A DNA stretch of 64,000 nt from a virus (IMGVR_UViG_3300028048_000077:32001-96000), one strand, 5' to 3'; positions 20,771-31,847 are shown, counted from the stretch's first letter. Notes: generated by a model not told the origin, from the sequence alone. Translations and numbers: made by a program.

Positions 20771-21475
20771 GTGGATACAAATGTTAATGTACCAGATATA
20801 TATCAATACGATGATTATAATCCTACATTACATTCTCCTTCTTCTGAATTTGATATTCCTTTTGCTCAAACAAAGGAAAGTTTTATTGATGTAGAAGTAT
20901 ATAGAAAATTCTTAGAAAATGCTATTTCTAGATTTAGACACTCTAGAACATATAAAAATTATAAGTCTCATTTAATGAGTCTTGGATTGGATACTTGCCA
21001 AATACATGGAAATATTCATAGTAATGAAGATGATGAAATGGCTACTATAGAAATGCATCATAATATACTTACTATATTTGATGTGGCTCTTATATTATCT
21101 GAACATATTTTGAATACTGAAGGAAGAATTACTACATTTACTTTAGTAGATGCTCTTAAAAGAGAGCATATCAATCATAGAGTAGCTACTGTTATGCTTA
21201 CAAAAACTGTACATCAATTAGTACATGCTGACAGAGATTTTATTATTCCTCCTAGTATGTGCTTTGGAGATTGGATAAGTTTCTTACAATTATATAGAGA
21301 TGGTATTACTAGAGATATTGCATACAAACTTATGTACTATCTTCAGAATTGTATAAAAAATAATAATAAGTTGAATTCTCATACTTGTGATGCAGTAGGA
21401 CTCAGAGATTGGATACATGAATGGTCTGAGTATAATGCAAATGATGTAGTTGTATTAAGTAAAGTTACAGATTAA
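20771..21475 (+). CDS. conserved jumbo-phage protein with HNH-like His cluster
   Basis: CQIHG...IEMHH...LTKTVHQLVH; likely GTG start at 20771 after AAGGGGTG. Confidence 0.55.
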   Translation: MDTNVNVPDIYQYDDYNPTLHSPSSEFDIPFAQTKESFIDVEVYRKFLENAISRFRHSRTYKNYKSHLMSLGLDTCQIHGNIHSNEDDEMATIEMHHNILTIFDVALILSEHILNTEGRITTFTLVDALKREHINHRVATVMLTKTVHQLVHADRDFIIPPSMCFGDWISFLQLYRDGITRDIAYKLMYYLQNCIKNNNKLNSHTCDAVGLRDWIHEWSEYNANDVVVLSKVTD

Positions 21476-21653
21476 AAAAGAAATCACTTTTCTCTTTATA
21501 TATTACATATTCTAATAGTACTAAATCTCAAATATGTAAAAAGTTAAATTTCAAGTAACTTACGTAGTAAGAATATGAATGAAGAGGGGTCTGGGGGAAA
21601 GACTCCACAAAAAATAATCCCATACCCTAATTGGGTATGGGATATATAGTGTT

Positions 21654-21977
21654 TTATTTTGTTAATGGAATTCGTAATATAGGGGATTTTATTCCATCAG
21701 AAATAATTTTAGTTCCTTTATATCCATATTCATCTTTTAGAATATTTATAATAAATTCTACATCAATTCCTCCCCAGTCATAATTTTTTATTACGATATC
21801 TACATAATCAATTGTAGGATTAGCATCAATAGCATCCCTGATATTATCCTGTATTATATTATTTAATATATACAGTAATTCTTTACTGTTACGAATTTCT
21901 TTAAGTTTCATCTTTTTATACTTCAATGCTTCTTCTAGAGTTATTAGGATTGAGTCTTTTATCATACTATTATTCAT
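21654..21977 (-). CDS. hypothetical protein
   Basis: 107 aa; distant resemblance to the adjacent ORF (DEYGY motif). Confidence 0.65.
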   Translation of the reverse strand: MNNSMIKDSILITLEEALKYKKMKLKEIRNSKELLYILNNIIQDNIRDAIDANPTIDYVDIVIKNYDWGGIDVEFIINILKDEYGYKGTKIISDGIKSPILRIPLTK

Positions 21978-22248
21978 CCTTCTTTTCTAAATATATTTTA
22001 AGAATATTTTTATCACATTCTGCTGGATATCCATATTCATCTAGCATATCTAATATTACTGATGGTAGGATATCATTTGGTAAATTAAATGTAAACATAT
22101 CTTTACCAGGATTCTTATCTATTGAATTAATCATTCTTTGTTCAATAGATTCTAATAAGCTTATATACTTATTATCCTTATACAAATTTTTAATTTTTTC
22201 ATCCCTATAGGCTCTCATTTCTTTTACAGTCATCATAATTAATATCAT
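21970..22248 (-). CDS. hypothetical protein
   Basis: 92 aa; LDEYGY motif shared with 21654..21977. Confidence 0.65.
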   Translation of the reverse strand: MILIMMTVKEMRAYRDEKIKNLYKDNKYISLLESIEQRMINSIDKNPGKDMFTFNLPNDILPSVILDMLDEYGYPAECDKNILKIYLEKKDE

Positions 22249-22256
22249 CCTTTCTT

Positions 22257-22892
22257 TTATTCTTTAAATCTGTCTTCAATATGAATCATTTCTTCATAAT
22301 CCCATCTACTATAAAAGATTCCTCCTTCATGTTCTTCTTTATCATACTCAAGAAAATCTTTATATGTATAAATTTTTCCATCAGAAGCAAATTCATAGGT
22401 TTTAATAAATTCTATACATTTATCTAAGCCACGATTTAATAAATCTTTTGGAGATTCATTCTCTTCAGGAATTATAAATAACGCAGGATCATGACTATAT
22501 ACATTGCGATTTCTAATAAATTCATCCAATAAATCTTTTGATATTTTATCTGGATGATGTATATAAAATCTTATTTGAATTTCATTATTCTTGTACCAAG
22601 TTATATATTCAATTCTCATTTCAATAATAGTATGTACTAACGCCTGATCTTCATAATATTTACAATAAGAATAATAGTTTAATTGTTCTGCCTCATAAAA
22701 ATCACCTAGTTCATTATATTGATTTCTAACTTCACAAAACTTTTTTGCCTCTTCTTCTGTATTCATGAATGCTACAAAGAAACATGATTTAGTCACGTCA
22801 TCAATGTTAATATTATACTTAATATTATCATTTTCATCAAAGAAATCTTTATTATCCCTATCTAAATAATCTACTTCAAAAACAACAAACAT
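22257..22892 (-). CDS. hypothetical early protein
   Basis: 211 aa; early motif 22963-22978 and GGGAGG SD. Confidence 0.75.
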   Translation of the reverse strand: MFVVFEVDYLDRDNKDFFDENDNIKYNINIDDVTKSCFFVAFMNTEEEAKKFCEVRNQYNELGDFYEAEQLNYYSYCKYYEDQALVHTIIEMRIEYITWYKNNEIQIRFYIHHPDKISKDLLDEFIRNRNVYSHDPALFIIPEENESPKDLLNRGLDKCIEFIKTYEFASDGKIYTYKDFLEYDKEEHEGGIFYSRWDYEEMIHIEDRFKE

Positions 22893-23037
22893 AACTATTC
22901 CTCCCTAAAAATAACTAAGTAATTTTTATAGGGAATAGCATTAAGCTACTCCCTATTCCTATTCATATATATAGTATATAATTGATTTGAGTTTTAGTAA
23001 TATACAAAATTGACTTCTTAGTATAGGAGGAGATAAT

Positions 23038-23658
23038 ATGAAATACTTAATTAATTTTTATAATAACGTGATTAAAGGAACTAAAGCAGATGAATTATTT
23101 CATCTTCCTGGATTTTGGATTACTCTTTTATTTACCATATTAGCAATTGTTCTATATACAGATAAGTGGTTCTTCTTAGCTGCTTATGTAGCTGTATATT
23201 TATTGTATAAACTTAATGTACAACTTGATGAAAAGAATAGATTAGATAAGGTAAAAATCTATGATCCTGAAGTTATAAATGTATTAGATAATATAATCAA
23301 TGATGCATTCAATGAATATTTCATGTTTAATGAAGGATTTAGAGAAGATAAACATGCTATATCTGCTGTACAAGAAAAAGAGATTATGGATAGAATGGTA
23401 GATCTTGTATCTGCTAGACTATCTGAATCCACTATAACTAAATTAGAAGCATATTATAATAAAGATGCTATTCCAGATATTATTTCTAGTAAGATATTTA
23501 TGGCAATAACTTCATATGTAGTTGCTAATGCTACATCTGATGAACCAAATAAACCTACTAAAGAACAGAAGATTTTGATGAATGAACTTTCTACTATTGG
23601 AGAGGGATTACATCCTGTTGATAATAGTGCTCCTGAGACAGAAATAAAATACCTATAA
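23038..23658 (+). CDS. membrane protein (2 TM helices), possible holin
   Basis: Two N-terminal hydrophobic segments; late-type GACT-N6-TA at 23012; holin role is inference only. Confidence 0.5.
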   Translation: MKYLINFYNNVIKGTKADELFHLPGFWITLLFTILAIVLYTDKWFFLAAYVAVYLLYKLNVQLDEKNRLDKVKIYDPEVINVLDNIINDAFNEYFMFNEGFREDKHAISAVQEKEIMDRMVDLVSARLSESTITKLEAYYNKDAIPDIISSKIFMAITSYVVANATSDEPNKPTKEQKILMNELSTIGEGLHPVDNSAPETEIKYL

Positions 23659-23824
23659 CATATAGGTAGTGTAGAATACCCATACACCCAAACATACAAG
23701 TCAAGATAGTTGTAGCTATCACTATTTGTCCCTCTGTGTCCCCAAACACAGAGGGATAGATAGTGTAAAATCTTACAAAATAAAACTATTATATAATGTA
23801 ATAAAAAATATTTTGTAAGAGGAG

Positions 23825-24271
23825 TTGTTTGTTATGTCAAAAATCGAGGAGCATGTAAAGAAGTATTATGAACTTCATGTGGAAAGTAAGGTTAAATCCT
23901 TAGAGAAAAAATTAGATGAATATATTAAATCTAATTTTCCAGATGAATATGAGAAATCTATAAGTGATTTTGAATTATTTGAAGATTCATATGATATCGT
24001 AAAATATTTCGATTTATATTCTCACCTTACTTTTATTCCTAAGCCTTTGAAATGTTCTTTCATGGGTTTTATACCTACTAAAGAAACTAGTAAGAAAGCT
24101 CATGATTATTTATTAAGTATAGTAAAAATGGCTAATTATAAATTTCCTGATTATGATTTTAAGTATCAGATTTCTGATTGTAGGTATAGACCTGTAAATT
24201 GTTCTGAATTCCATGTTGCTATGTTTATTGTAGTAGTACCAAAGGATTATAGAGATCCTAATAGATACTAA
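23825..24271 (+). CDS. hypothetical protein
   Basis: 148 aa, AGGAG SD. Confidence 0.7.
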   Translation: MFVMSKIEEHVKKYYELHVESKVKSLEKKLDEYIKSNFPDEYEKSISDFELFEDSYDIVKYFDLYSHLTFIPKPLKCSFMGFIPTKETSKKAHDYLLSIVKMANYKFPDYDFKYQISDCRYRPVNCSEFHVAMFIVVVPKDYRDPNRY

Positions 24272-24350
24272 AAAAATAAGGGTAGAGATATCTCTACCCT
24301 TAACTTTAAATTAGATACAATTTCATTTTATTTTCCCCTCAAACTAATCC

Positions 24351-24455
24351 CTAAAGGTGTAGAAAGAATTCTACAATAATTTTAATTATAGTTTCTAATA
24401 AGATATCGGCCAATACTTTTATATACTTATTAGAACCTTTAGGTATTGAGGTCAT
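24351..24455 (-). CDS. small hydrophobic peptide B (34 aa), type I toxin-like
   Basis: Early motif 24514-24529, 5' hairpin, AGAAAGGAGA SD; MTSIPKGSNKYIKVLADILLETIIKIIVEFFLHL. Confidence 0.65.
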   Translation of the reverse strand: MTSIPKGSNKYIKVLADILLETIIKIIVEFFLHL

Positions 24456-24606
24456 TTAGATCATCTCCTTTCTGAGGGGATTGGGTAGGATATAGTTCCC
24501 AGCTATATTCTACTCATATTTATAGTATATAACTAAAAATAAATAAATTAACAAAAAAGAAAGGGATGCATTGTATTGCATTCCCAGAGGAATTTGGCAG
24601 CACCCA

Positions 24607-24696
24607 TTAGATCATTTGAATTAAAATTTTTATCAATTCTATTATTAAACTTTGCAGCAAGCCTAATATGAATTGTATGAAAAATTTCATGATCAT
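24607..24696 (-). CDS. small hydrophobic peptide C (29 aa), type I toxin-like
   Basis: Early motif 24768-24783, 5' hairpin, AGAAAGGAGG SD; MIMKFFIQFILGLLQSLIIELIKILIQMI; terminator at 24553-24586. Confidence 0.7.
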   Translation of the reverse strand: MIMKFFIQFILGLLQSLIIELIKILIQMI

Positions 24697-24845
24697 AAGA
24701 GTATACCTCCTTTCTATATGGGTGCATGAGTAGGATATAGACGCACCTAATAATATCTATATCCTACTCATATTTATAGTATATAACTAAAAATAATTAA
24801 TATTACAAAACATATCCCTCTACCCAATTGGGTAGAGGGAATAGT

Positions 24846-25625
24846 TTATCTCTTATCAATAAGCATTACAAGTATTCGATGTAATTCCATTAGGATATTA
24901 TTATTAAATGATATATCTAAATCTTTTAGTTGATGATAATAAGCAATTCCTGGTATGTAAGAATTCAGTCCATCATACTTATACTTTGTACAATATAAAG
25001 ATCTATTATCAAACTCCCTATAATATCCTGGAGGTAATTTCAAATTAAGATAATCATTTCTGAAGTTATTCAAATCAGATATAGCTGATACATAATCTCT
25101 TTTCTCAATAAGAGAAAACATATACATCAGAAAATCTTTCATATAATTCTCATGATAACGCAATATGTTATCAGAGATACCTTTTACATCCAATATCTCG
25201 TATTTTGAATTATAGTACAACTCCAGCCCACCTATATAGTAGAATGAGGTGTACAAATTCTTACATAAAAACTCTACATTTTTAAATTTAGTATACTGTG
25301 GAACCTTATCTATTATATATAATGCATCCTTTTTAATAGCTAGAATTTCATTCTCAGCTATATTATTCTGAGTGCAGAATAAGGTTCTCATTTCTTTAAA
25401 TCCATTAGATATTGCAGATGCAATCTTAAAATCTTTCTGCATTATACCTACTCTAACTTGTCTCTCCATTTTAGGAAGATTATATAAGAAATTATAGGTT
25501 TCTTGATCAATAATACCAAAATATAAGAGAATATTGATATTACCTTTCGATATATCATATTCTCTTATATTTCTTCCTACTAGAAATGTGATTGGTGCTC
25601 TGTATGTATCGTTCTCCCATATCAT
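24846..25625 (-). CDS. putative divergent family-B DNA polymerase-like palm protein
   Basis: EYDISKGN and ILAIKKDAL loosely resemble PolB motifs A and C; weak assignment. Confidence 0.4.
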   Translation of the reverse strand: MIWENDTYRAPITFLVGRNIREYDISKGNINILLYFGIIDQETYNFLYNLPKMERQVRVGIMQKDFKIASAISNGFKEMRTLFCTQNNIAENEILAIKKDALYIIDKVPQYTKFKNVEFLCKNLYTSFYYIGGLELYYNSKYEILDVKGISDNILRYHENYMKDFLMYMFSLIEKRDYVSAISDLNNFRNDYLNLKLPPGYYREFDNRSLYCTKYKYDGLNSYIPGIAYYHQLKDLDISFNNNILMELHRILVMLIDKR

Positions 25626-26116
25626 ACAGGCATCATTCCTTTCAGTCTCAAATAACGCATTCTATCCATATCGAACATATGATTTCCATAATCATCCATC
25701 ATGGAATCCTCTAACCAATTGAGATCACTAACTTCATTCACTATTGAACACAGTTTATGGTATCTCTCTCGTATTATTCCAATGAGAATCTCAATATATT
25801 CACATACTATTGGATTTGAATCATCGTAATGGACAAATACATCTACATCATAGTATTCTCCCATAAGGATTTCCATGAATGATATGAATGCAATATCATT
25901 TTCAAATATAAATCTTGCATATTCTTGACTGAATATTTCTCTAGAGATCATTCCCCTATGATAAGCCCATACAGACTCACGGGTTGGAGATGCATTAGAG
26001 ATGTTAAGCCCAATATCCATAATATTATAGAAATTGAGCTTATACCATAATGGAGATTCAAGCATAGCATCTTGATAAACAAACTCGTTAAAGTTGTTTC
26101 CTCCAAATATAATCAT
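25622..26116 (-). CDS. hypothetical protein
   Basis: 164 aa, ATGA overlaps with both neighbours. Confidence 0.75.
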   Translation of the reverse strand: MIIFGGNNFNEFVYQDAMLESPLWYKLNFYNIMDIGLNISNASPTRESVWAYHRGMISREIFSQEYARFIFENDIAFISFMEILMGEYYDVDVFVHYDDSNPIVCEYIEILIGIIRERYHKLCSIVNEVSDLNWLEDSMMDDYGNHMFDMDRMRYLRLKGMMPV

Positions 26117-26814
26117 TGTTGCTTCACCTCAGTCATATCTTGTTTCTGAAGCTTAATCAATGGATTGAATAAGCCATTATGTTTTGCATTTTCCTTGATC
26201 TGATTCGCAAGTCCATTAGTAAATTCTACTATCTGACTCTGATCAGGAATGTTATACATAATCATTACATCACGATATAACTTCTGGCATGCATATATTC
26301 CAGATGGATAACATAACAGATACTGATTTATATCTATTACATCATAATTGTACATCTGGTTTAATCTTATAGCTTCAAAGTTTGGATTCATATCAACTAA
26401 TGGAGTTTCAGGGAATCCATTTTGTAAACATAATCCGTCAGCTATAGTAATACCAAATATGTTTCGTATATAGTTCATAAGAACATATGCAAATCTAAAT
26501 GACTGTGATTCATTAGGAGGTATAAAGAAACATATATCTTTACCAGAATGCATCGCAGCCATAATAATTGCAAACAATCTCTGTGGAGTAGGAGTATTTA
26601 GATATGATGTATATAATATTTCTGCATCTTGATATCTACCTTCTACTTCAGCAGATAATGCCTCATAGTTAGGAAGCAAAGCTCCTACTGTAAGGAACCC
26701 TGTGTACTTGAATTGTTCTCTGTCATCAGTTAATACGAGAACTGCACTTGATTCATTATTACAAATCAAAGGAATATCAGATTCCTGATTCGTAATATAT
26801 GCACTTCCATACAT
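26113..26814 (-). CDS. hypothetical protein
   Basis: Likely start MYGSAY at 26814 after AAGGAGG. Confidence 0.75.
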   Translation of the reverse strand: MYGSAYITNQESDIPLICNNESSAVLVLTDDREQFKYTGFLTVGALLPNYEALSAEVEGRYQDAEILYTSYLNTPTPQRLFAIIMAAMHSGKDICFFIPPNESQSFRFAYVLMNYIRNIFGITIADGLCLQNGFPETPLVDMNPNFEAIRLNQMYNYDVIDINQYLLCYPSGIYACQKLYRDVMIMYNIPDQSQIVEFTNGLANQIKENAKHNGLFNPLIKLQKQDMTEVKQQ

Positions 26815-26877
26815 ATTCTTTCCTCCTTTTAGATTAAAAAAGAGAGTGACCAAATTGGGTCACTCTCCATTTATTAC

Positions 26878-28434
26878 TTAGAAATTGTCGATATTCTTAG
26901 GCTCAGAAGAAGTATCATTGATTATTCTGTAACGGATATACTCTTTGATATCTTTCTTATTGATACCCTTGCAGCTACGAACAATATGTGCACAGCAAAC
27001 ACGTACACATTTATTCACGTCTTTATTAGTAAGCATATCAGGATCGTTTACTTGCTTTAATGCTTCATCAATGATTTCTTCATAAGCTCTATCAACCTGC
27101 TGTTTCTGATCTTCACTGATATTGAGTTCATAATCTTCATCATCATCATTTTCTTCTTCGTATTCTTCCTCAATATCTTCTTCTTTATCTTGACAATGCC
27201 AAGAGTGTTCTTCCTCAATACCTTCTTCATCTTGACCAGAGCATTCTGCAGTGTCATTTGTTACATAAGTAGTTAGAGGAGTCTGAGCTTCTACATCACT
27301 AATCTCTTCAGTAATGATATCAGTCTGCTCTTCTTCCACTTCTATTTCTCCATTAAGATCAATATCATCAACACTCATATTAGTTGATTCTTCTGGAGTA
27401 ATAGTAGACTCTACCTTTTCTTCTTCAACCTGCTGTTTTGCTTCTTCAAAAGCATCAGCAATAGGAGTATTTGGTCTTACTACTTTAGACACAAATTTTC
27501 CAGACTCCATTGGTCTTGGTGGAGTTGGATAAGTTTTTCTACCATTGCTGGTTTTAAAACCCTTGTTGTTTGTGAATGGATTTCCATACTCTTTGTACTC
27601 TCCAGTCTCCTTATTAAGTATTTTTACTTTTACATTGAAAGGCATTCTAATCTCTCCTTTTCTATTATTTTGACTCTTAATTTCTTGTGTTTGATGCCTA
27701 CTAGAATAGTACTTTCGGAGTTCTCTTGCAGTATATCTAGTGCCACATTTCACACATATAATATTGTTCAGTCCGTCATCATAATCTATAAGCCCATCAC
27801 ACTGTACTCCTAGCTTATCTTTCTGAATACAATGTAACTTTCTTATATCAGCTTCATAAGCATATGGGAAATCTAAGACTACAGGACCAAATCCTTCTCT
27901 TATTCCCCAATTCATAAAGAAGTTAGTTCCAATATCTTCTAATACTATACCAGCAAATTGTATGATAATAATATTAAACACTATCGGAGCTATATCTTCA
28001 AACTGATATCTATTCTTGATTGGATTAACTCTTTCTACCATTGCCACTGTACCACAAGGAGTCACTTCAAACACCTTAGTACAGAATGGCTTAAGTAATT
28101 CTTGTGTATGATATTCACCTACATTGGCCTCTCTACCAACTATATCTATGCCTACTTTTAGGCATATGGTATCATCATACTCTGATTTATATACCAATCG
28201 ATTAGTACCAGCATGGAGACGAGTAAACCCTCTACGTCGAAGTATCTCGTCTACCATACTGTACTTTTTCATTGGCAATGCATTTAGCTTAGCCGATCTA
28301 GATATATTATATATCTCTAGCACATCTTGTTGAGATATATAATATGACATCTGAGGATGCCATAACTTATCGAACTGAAATCCTGCTATCCTTGGTTTAT
28401 CATATAGCATTTGAATTACGTCCCTTCTATCCAT
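26878..28434 (-). CDS. protein-kinase-like domain + Zn ribbon + acidic disordered tail
   Basis: HAGTNRLVY (Gly-loop-like), CLKVG, EDIGxxxxxNWG, VVLDF; CVKCG; D/E-rich C-terminal half. Confidence 0.6.
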   Translation of the reverse strand: MDRRDVIQMLYDKPRIAGFQFDKLWHPQMSYYISQQDVLEIYNISRSAKLNALPMKKYSMVDEILRRRGFTRLHAGTNRLVYKSEYDDTICLKVGIDIVGREANVGEYHTQELLKPFCTKVFEVTPCGTVAMVERVNPIKNRYQFEDIAPIVFNIIIIQFAGIVLEDIGTNFFMNWGIREGFGPVVLDFPYAYEADIRKLHCIQKDKLGVQCDGLIDYDDGLNNIICVKCGTRYTARELRKYYSSRHQTQEIKSQNNRKGEIRMPFNVKVKILNKETGEYKEYGNPFTNNKGFKTSNGRKTYPTPPRPMESGKFVSKVVRPNTPIADAFEEAKQQVEEEKVESTITPEESTNMSVDDIDLNGEIEVEEEQTDIITEEISDVEAQTPLTTYVTNDTAECSGQDEEGIEEEHSWHCQDKEEDIEEEYEEENDDDEDYELNISEDQKQQVDRAYEEIIDEALKQVNDPDMLTNKDVNKCVRVCCAHIVRSCKGINKKDIKEYIRYRIINDTSSEPKNIDNF

Positions 28435-28443
28435 AGCATCACC

Positions 28444-31377
28444 TTATTCATAGAAATATCGTTTTGCTGTTGGACGCATCTCTTCTTTACTGAAGATTTT
28501 ATTAATGAATCTCTGACGTCTATCATTATACTTATCAGAGTTCATCAATGTACTATACTGCTGTGGAGTAGCATTAAATGATGGAGTTGCATAAACTCCA
28601 TTCATCATATTATACTGTAATAATGGTACATTGAATAGACGTCTTACATTATTCTGCTGAGCTTTAAAGCGATCCTGTAAGTTATCATAACATACCGTAC
28701 TAAATCCTTTTCCATATACAAAGTCATACAAATTATCTCCCTTGATAGACCGAGACTGAACTAATTGGCCTATCTTTTGTTTGAAAGCATTTGATTCTGC
28801 CTCTTGAATATTTGGAGAATATGCTAAAGACATCTTAAGATTATTGGATCTTCTTTGTGATTCCATACTTCTTAATTCTTTTCTAGACTTTGCCTTTGTA
28901 TACATATATGGATTATAAACTCCACCATTAGTTATATTAGATGGAGCATTCCACCATTTATCAAACCAAGACTCATATTCCTGATCTGACATATCTTTGG
29001 TTTCATCAGAGGATCTCATTAACCTCTTCCATAATAAGTACACATTCTTTCTATTATTCTGATAAGGACTAAGCTGATAAGTTCTGGATTCCCATTCTTT
29101 TACCATATTATATTCCTCTTCAGAATGTACAACTCGAAGATTATTTAAAGATTGTAACTGATAAATCAATTGCTTATTCTTATCCAAATCTTCAACTTTC
29201 ATTTCACCATTTTGTGGAATATTCATCTGCCCTACAATATTATTCTGAATCTGCATTCCTTGATATTCCTGAGCTTTTATCTTTCCACTCATCAATTCTG
29301 ATGGATCAACTGGTCTATACTTCATAACAGTCTGAATTTCTGCTGCAGACATACCAGTTTCCTTTATTGCTTCCTGAATTGAAGAATACTTATTATCTCT
29401 AATTGCCTGAATATTGACTACACGCTGCATAGCGTCCTGTACATTTTTCTGGGTCTTATCAATAATGAGCTTCTTATTCTCTACACGAACACCAGGAGCC
29501 TTTACAGATGCCAATGGATCTTGCTTCTGATATCCTTCAAGAAGTTGCAGAGAATAATCTAACATATCAGCAAACTCTGCTGGTGAAACAGATTGATCAT
29601 CCTTCATAAATGATAGCTGATCTGCAGCAAATGCATTATACTTCTTTAAAGTATTTATCAGAAGGAATATCTCTGTTTCTTTATCCATACCTTGAATCTT
29701 AGTTGCAGCATCCTTATAATCTAATGCTGCTTCTTTTTTCTTTATCGCTTCGGCTTCCATCTTTTCTTGCTTACGTATGTTTTCTATAACTTCTGGATCT
29801 CCATAAGTTTCAGAACCTATACTAACACATACTCTAAAAGGTTTATTCTTTCTATTAGAAATCTTTTTCCTCTTAGGTAATTTCAGAGTTGGATCTTTGA
29901 ATGATTCACCATTTTTAATTACGTATGTATAGAAGCATTCTCCAGATTCAATCTCTTCTCTGGTGGGGATAAGATATTGATCTCCAGGTTTTGCTCCTTG
30001 TGGCTCATCTTCATATCTATAACTTCCATCAGGATTTCTATTTGCAGTAGTAGGTGTATTATACATATTCTGTAACGTAGAATTCTGATAGAATAATGGA
30101 TTAAAACCCATCATAGGCATTTGTGGTTGCTGCTGAGATGCTTGTTGCTGTTGCCTATCTATATCTTCAATGATTTTATCCCCATTCTTAAGAGTGGATG
30201 CCATCAATTTAGATGCTTCAACAAGATCATCAGATAACTTTTCTCTTGGCTGTGTTGGTTGAGCACCAAACATCTTAGCCAAATCTAATGTCTCAGTACC
30301 ATCATCATCCTTCTTATATCCAGGATTATTATCCAACAACTTATTTACTGCTTCCTCTTTGCTACTTACATTAGCAAACTTAGGTTGCTGTTGTTGTGCC
30401 TGTGGAGGCGGTGTAGTTGGATAAAATGGATTAGGAGTTGATACTACTCCAAATCCTGGTGCTGGAGGTGGTGGTTGCTGTGGAACATATACTCTACTCT
30501 GATATGGATTCATGAACTGACTATATGCTCTGGCATTCTGCTCAGCATATAATCTCTGTTGATTCTGCCAATCACTCATAGTATTTGTATAGTTATATGC
30601 ACCATACTGATTTGGATGAGAGTCAATACATCTAACCCACCCATCCATCTCTGGATTTATTTGAGGAGTAGATTGATTCTCAAACAAATTATCGAAATTC
30701 ATTTCTGCAGATTCTGGTTTTTCATTTGGAACCTGCTGAAAATACCTATCATTATTGAATAATAATGTAGGATTTACCATATCTGGTTCTGTAAATGCTG
30801 CTACTGTATGATTCACAGGAACTTCAGCTATGATATTATTATTATTCTTCATATACATATTACGGAATCCAATCTTACTAAATTTTGCTTCTACTTCTTG
30901 AACTCTATAATTAGTAGTAGCCCAAGCTCTAGCAGCCTGATAAGTTATAACTCCATAATTCTGAAGCTCATCATTGATTATATTAGCTCTAGCTTCATTC
31001 CAGAGTTGTTCTTCTGGCATATTTGGATATATGGACTTAAACTGCTCTACTACTTTTCTCCACTTATCTTCATGGAGTGCCCAATAGTAATATGCAATAT
31101 CCGAGAGAATGAGAGTATCTTCTGGATCATTATTCTCATGGAATATTATATCTCTTTCATCTCTAGCATAGTAAGTACCAAATAGATTGTCTTGCCATAA
31201 TCGTACATACGGAATAGTACGAGATGCTGCAAACCAATCTAATCTACCGTCATATGTGCATGCACGAGCTGTTGCTCTGCATTTCTCAAGCCAACGCTTA
31301 AGATCTTGTTTGTCTTTCGGAAAGACACCAACGATATTACCACAAACTACTTTGTGGCAGTACTTTGCATTTTGCAT
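28444..31377 (-). CDS. large Q/P/N-rich low-complexity early protein
   Basis: 977 aa with PQQPPPPAP and QQQQ tracts; early motif 31419-31434. Confidence 0.75.
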   Translation of the reverse strand: MQNAKYCHKVVCGNIVGVFPKDKQDLKRWLEKCRATARACTYDGRLDWFAASRTIPYVRLWQDNLFGTYYARDERDIIFHENNDPEDTLILSDIAYYYWALHEDKWRKVVEQFKSIYPNMPEEQLWNEARANIINDELQNYGVITYQAARAWATTNYRVQEVEAKFSKIGFRNMYMKNNNNIIAEVPVNHTVAAFTEPDMVNPTLLFNNDRYFQQVPNEKPESAEMNFDNLFENQSTPQINPEMDGWVRCIDSHPNQYGAYNYTNTMSDWQNQQRLYAEQNARAYSQFMNPYQSRVYVPQQPPPPAPGFGVVSTPNPFYPTTPPPQAQQQQPKFANVSSKEEAVNKLLDNNPGYKKDDDGTETLDLAKMFGAQPTQPREKLSDDLVEASKLMASTLKNGDKIIEDIDRQQQQASQQQPQMPMMGFNPLFYQNSTLQNMYNTPTTANRNPDGSYRYEDEPQGAKPGDQYLIPTREEIESGECFYTYVIKNGESFKDPTLKLPKRKKISNRKNKPFRVCVSIGSETYGDPEVIENIRKQEKMEAEAIKKKEAALDYKDAATKIQGMDKETEIFLLINTLKKYNAFAADQLSFMKDDQSVSPAEFADMLDYSLQLLEGYQKQDPLASVKAPGVRVENKKLIIDKTQKNVQDAMQRVVNIQAIRDNKYSSIQEAIKETGMSAAEIQTVMKYRPVDPSELMSGKIKAQEYQGMQIQNNIVGQMNIPQNGEMKVEDLDKNKQLIYQLQSLNNLRVVHSEEEYNMVKEWESRTYQLSPYQNNRKNVYLLWKRLMRSSDETKDMSDQEYESWFDKWWNAPSNITNGGVYNPYMYTKAKSRKELRSMESQRRSNNLKMSLAYSPNIQEAESNAFKQKIGQLVQSRSIKGDNLYDFVYGKGFSTVCYDNLQDRFKAQQNNVRRLFNVPLLQYNMMNGVYATPSFNATPQQYSTLMNSDKYNDRRQRFINKIFSKEEMRPTAKRYFYE

Positions 31378-31442
31378 TGTATTTCCTCCTTCTTAAAATA
31401 TTTTAGCTCTATTGCTACTCATATATATAGTATATAAGTAGT

Positions 31443-31847
31443 TTATACTTTGATTAACGCTTCCATACCTTTGAATATAGTATCAACTAAATCATATCTT
31501 TTATTATGATGATAATTGCTTATAAGATCCTGAATTACTCCTCTTAGAATTACAAGCGCTCTATCTTTAGATTCATTCTCAGTAAAGTAATAGAGCTTTG
31601 CATATCTAATACATGCATTCTCAAGATCTATACAGATCGTTCTAAGATAATCAAATCCATGACTATTAGCTGTATTTAGAACTAAACTGCGTGTAGCATC
31701 ACGCAACAGTTCAAAATAATAATCACCTAATAAAGAATAGTTTGGTTTTTGCTTCAAGAACTCTTCATATGCAGTTCCTGAAGTCATATTTCCAGTACTC
31801 ATCGATGTGGAAATTCCATTTCTAACTACTACAGTATTAAACCCCAT
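31443..31847 (-). CDS. hypothetical protein
   Basis: 134 aa, GGAGG SD. Confidence 0.7.
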   Translation of the reverse strand: MGFNTVVVRNGISTSMSTGNMTSGTAYEEFLKQKPNYSLLGDYYFELLRDATRSLVLNTANSHGFDYLRTICIDLENACIRYAKLYYFTENESKDRALVILRGVIQDLISNYHHNKRYDLVDTIFKGMEALIKV

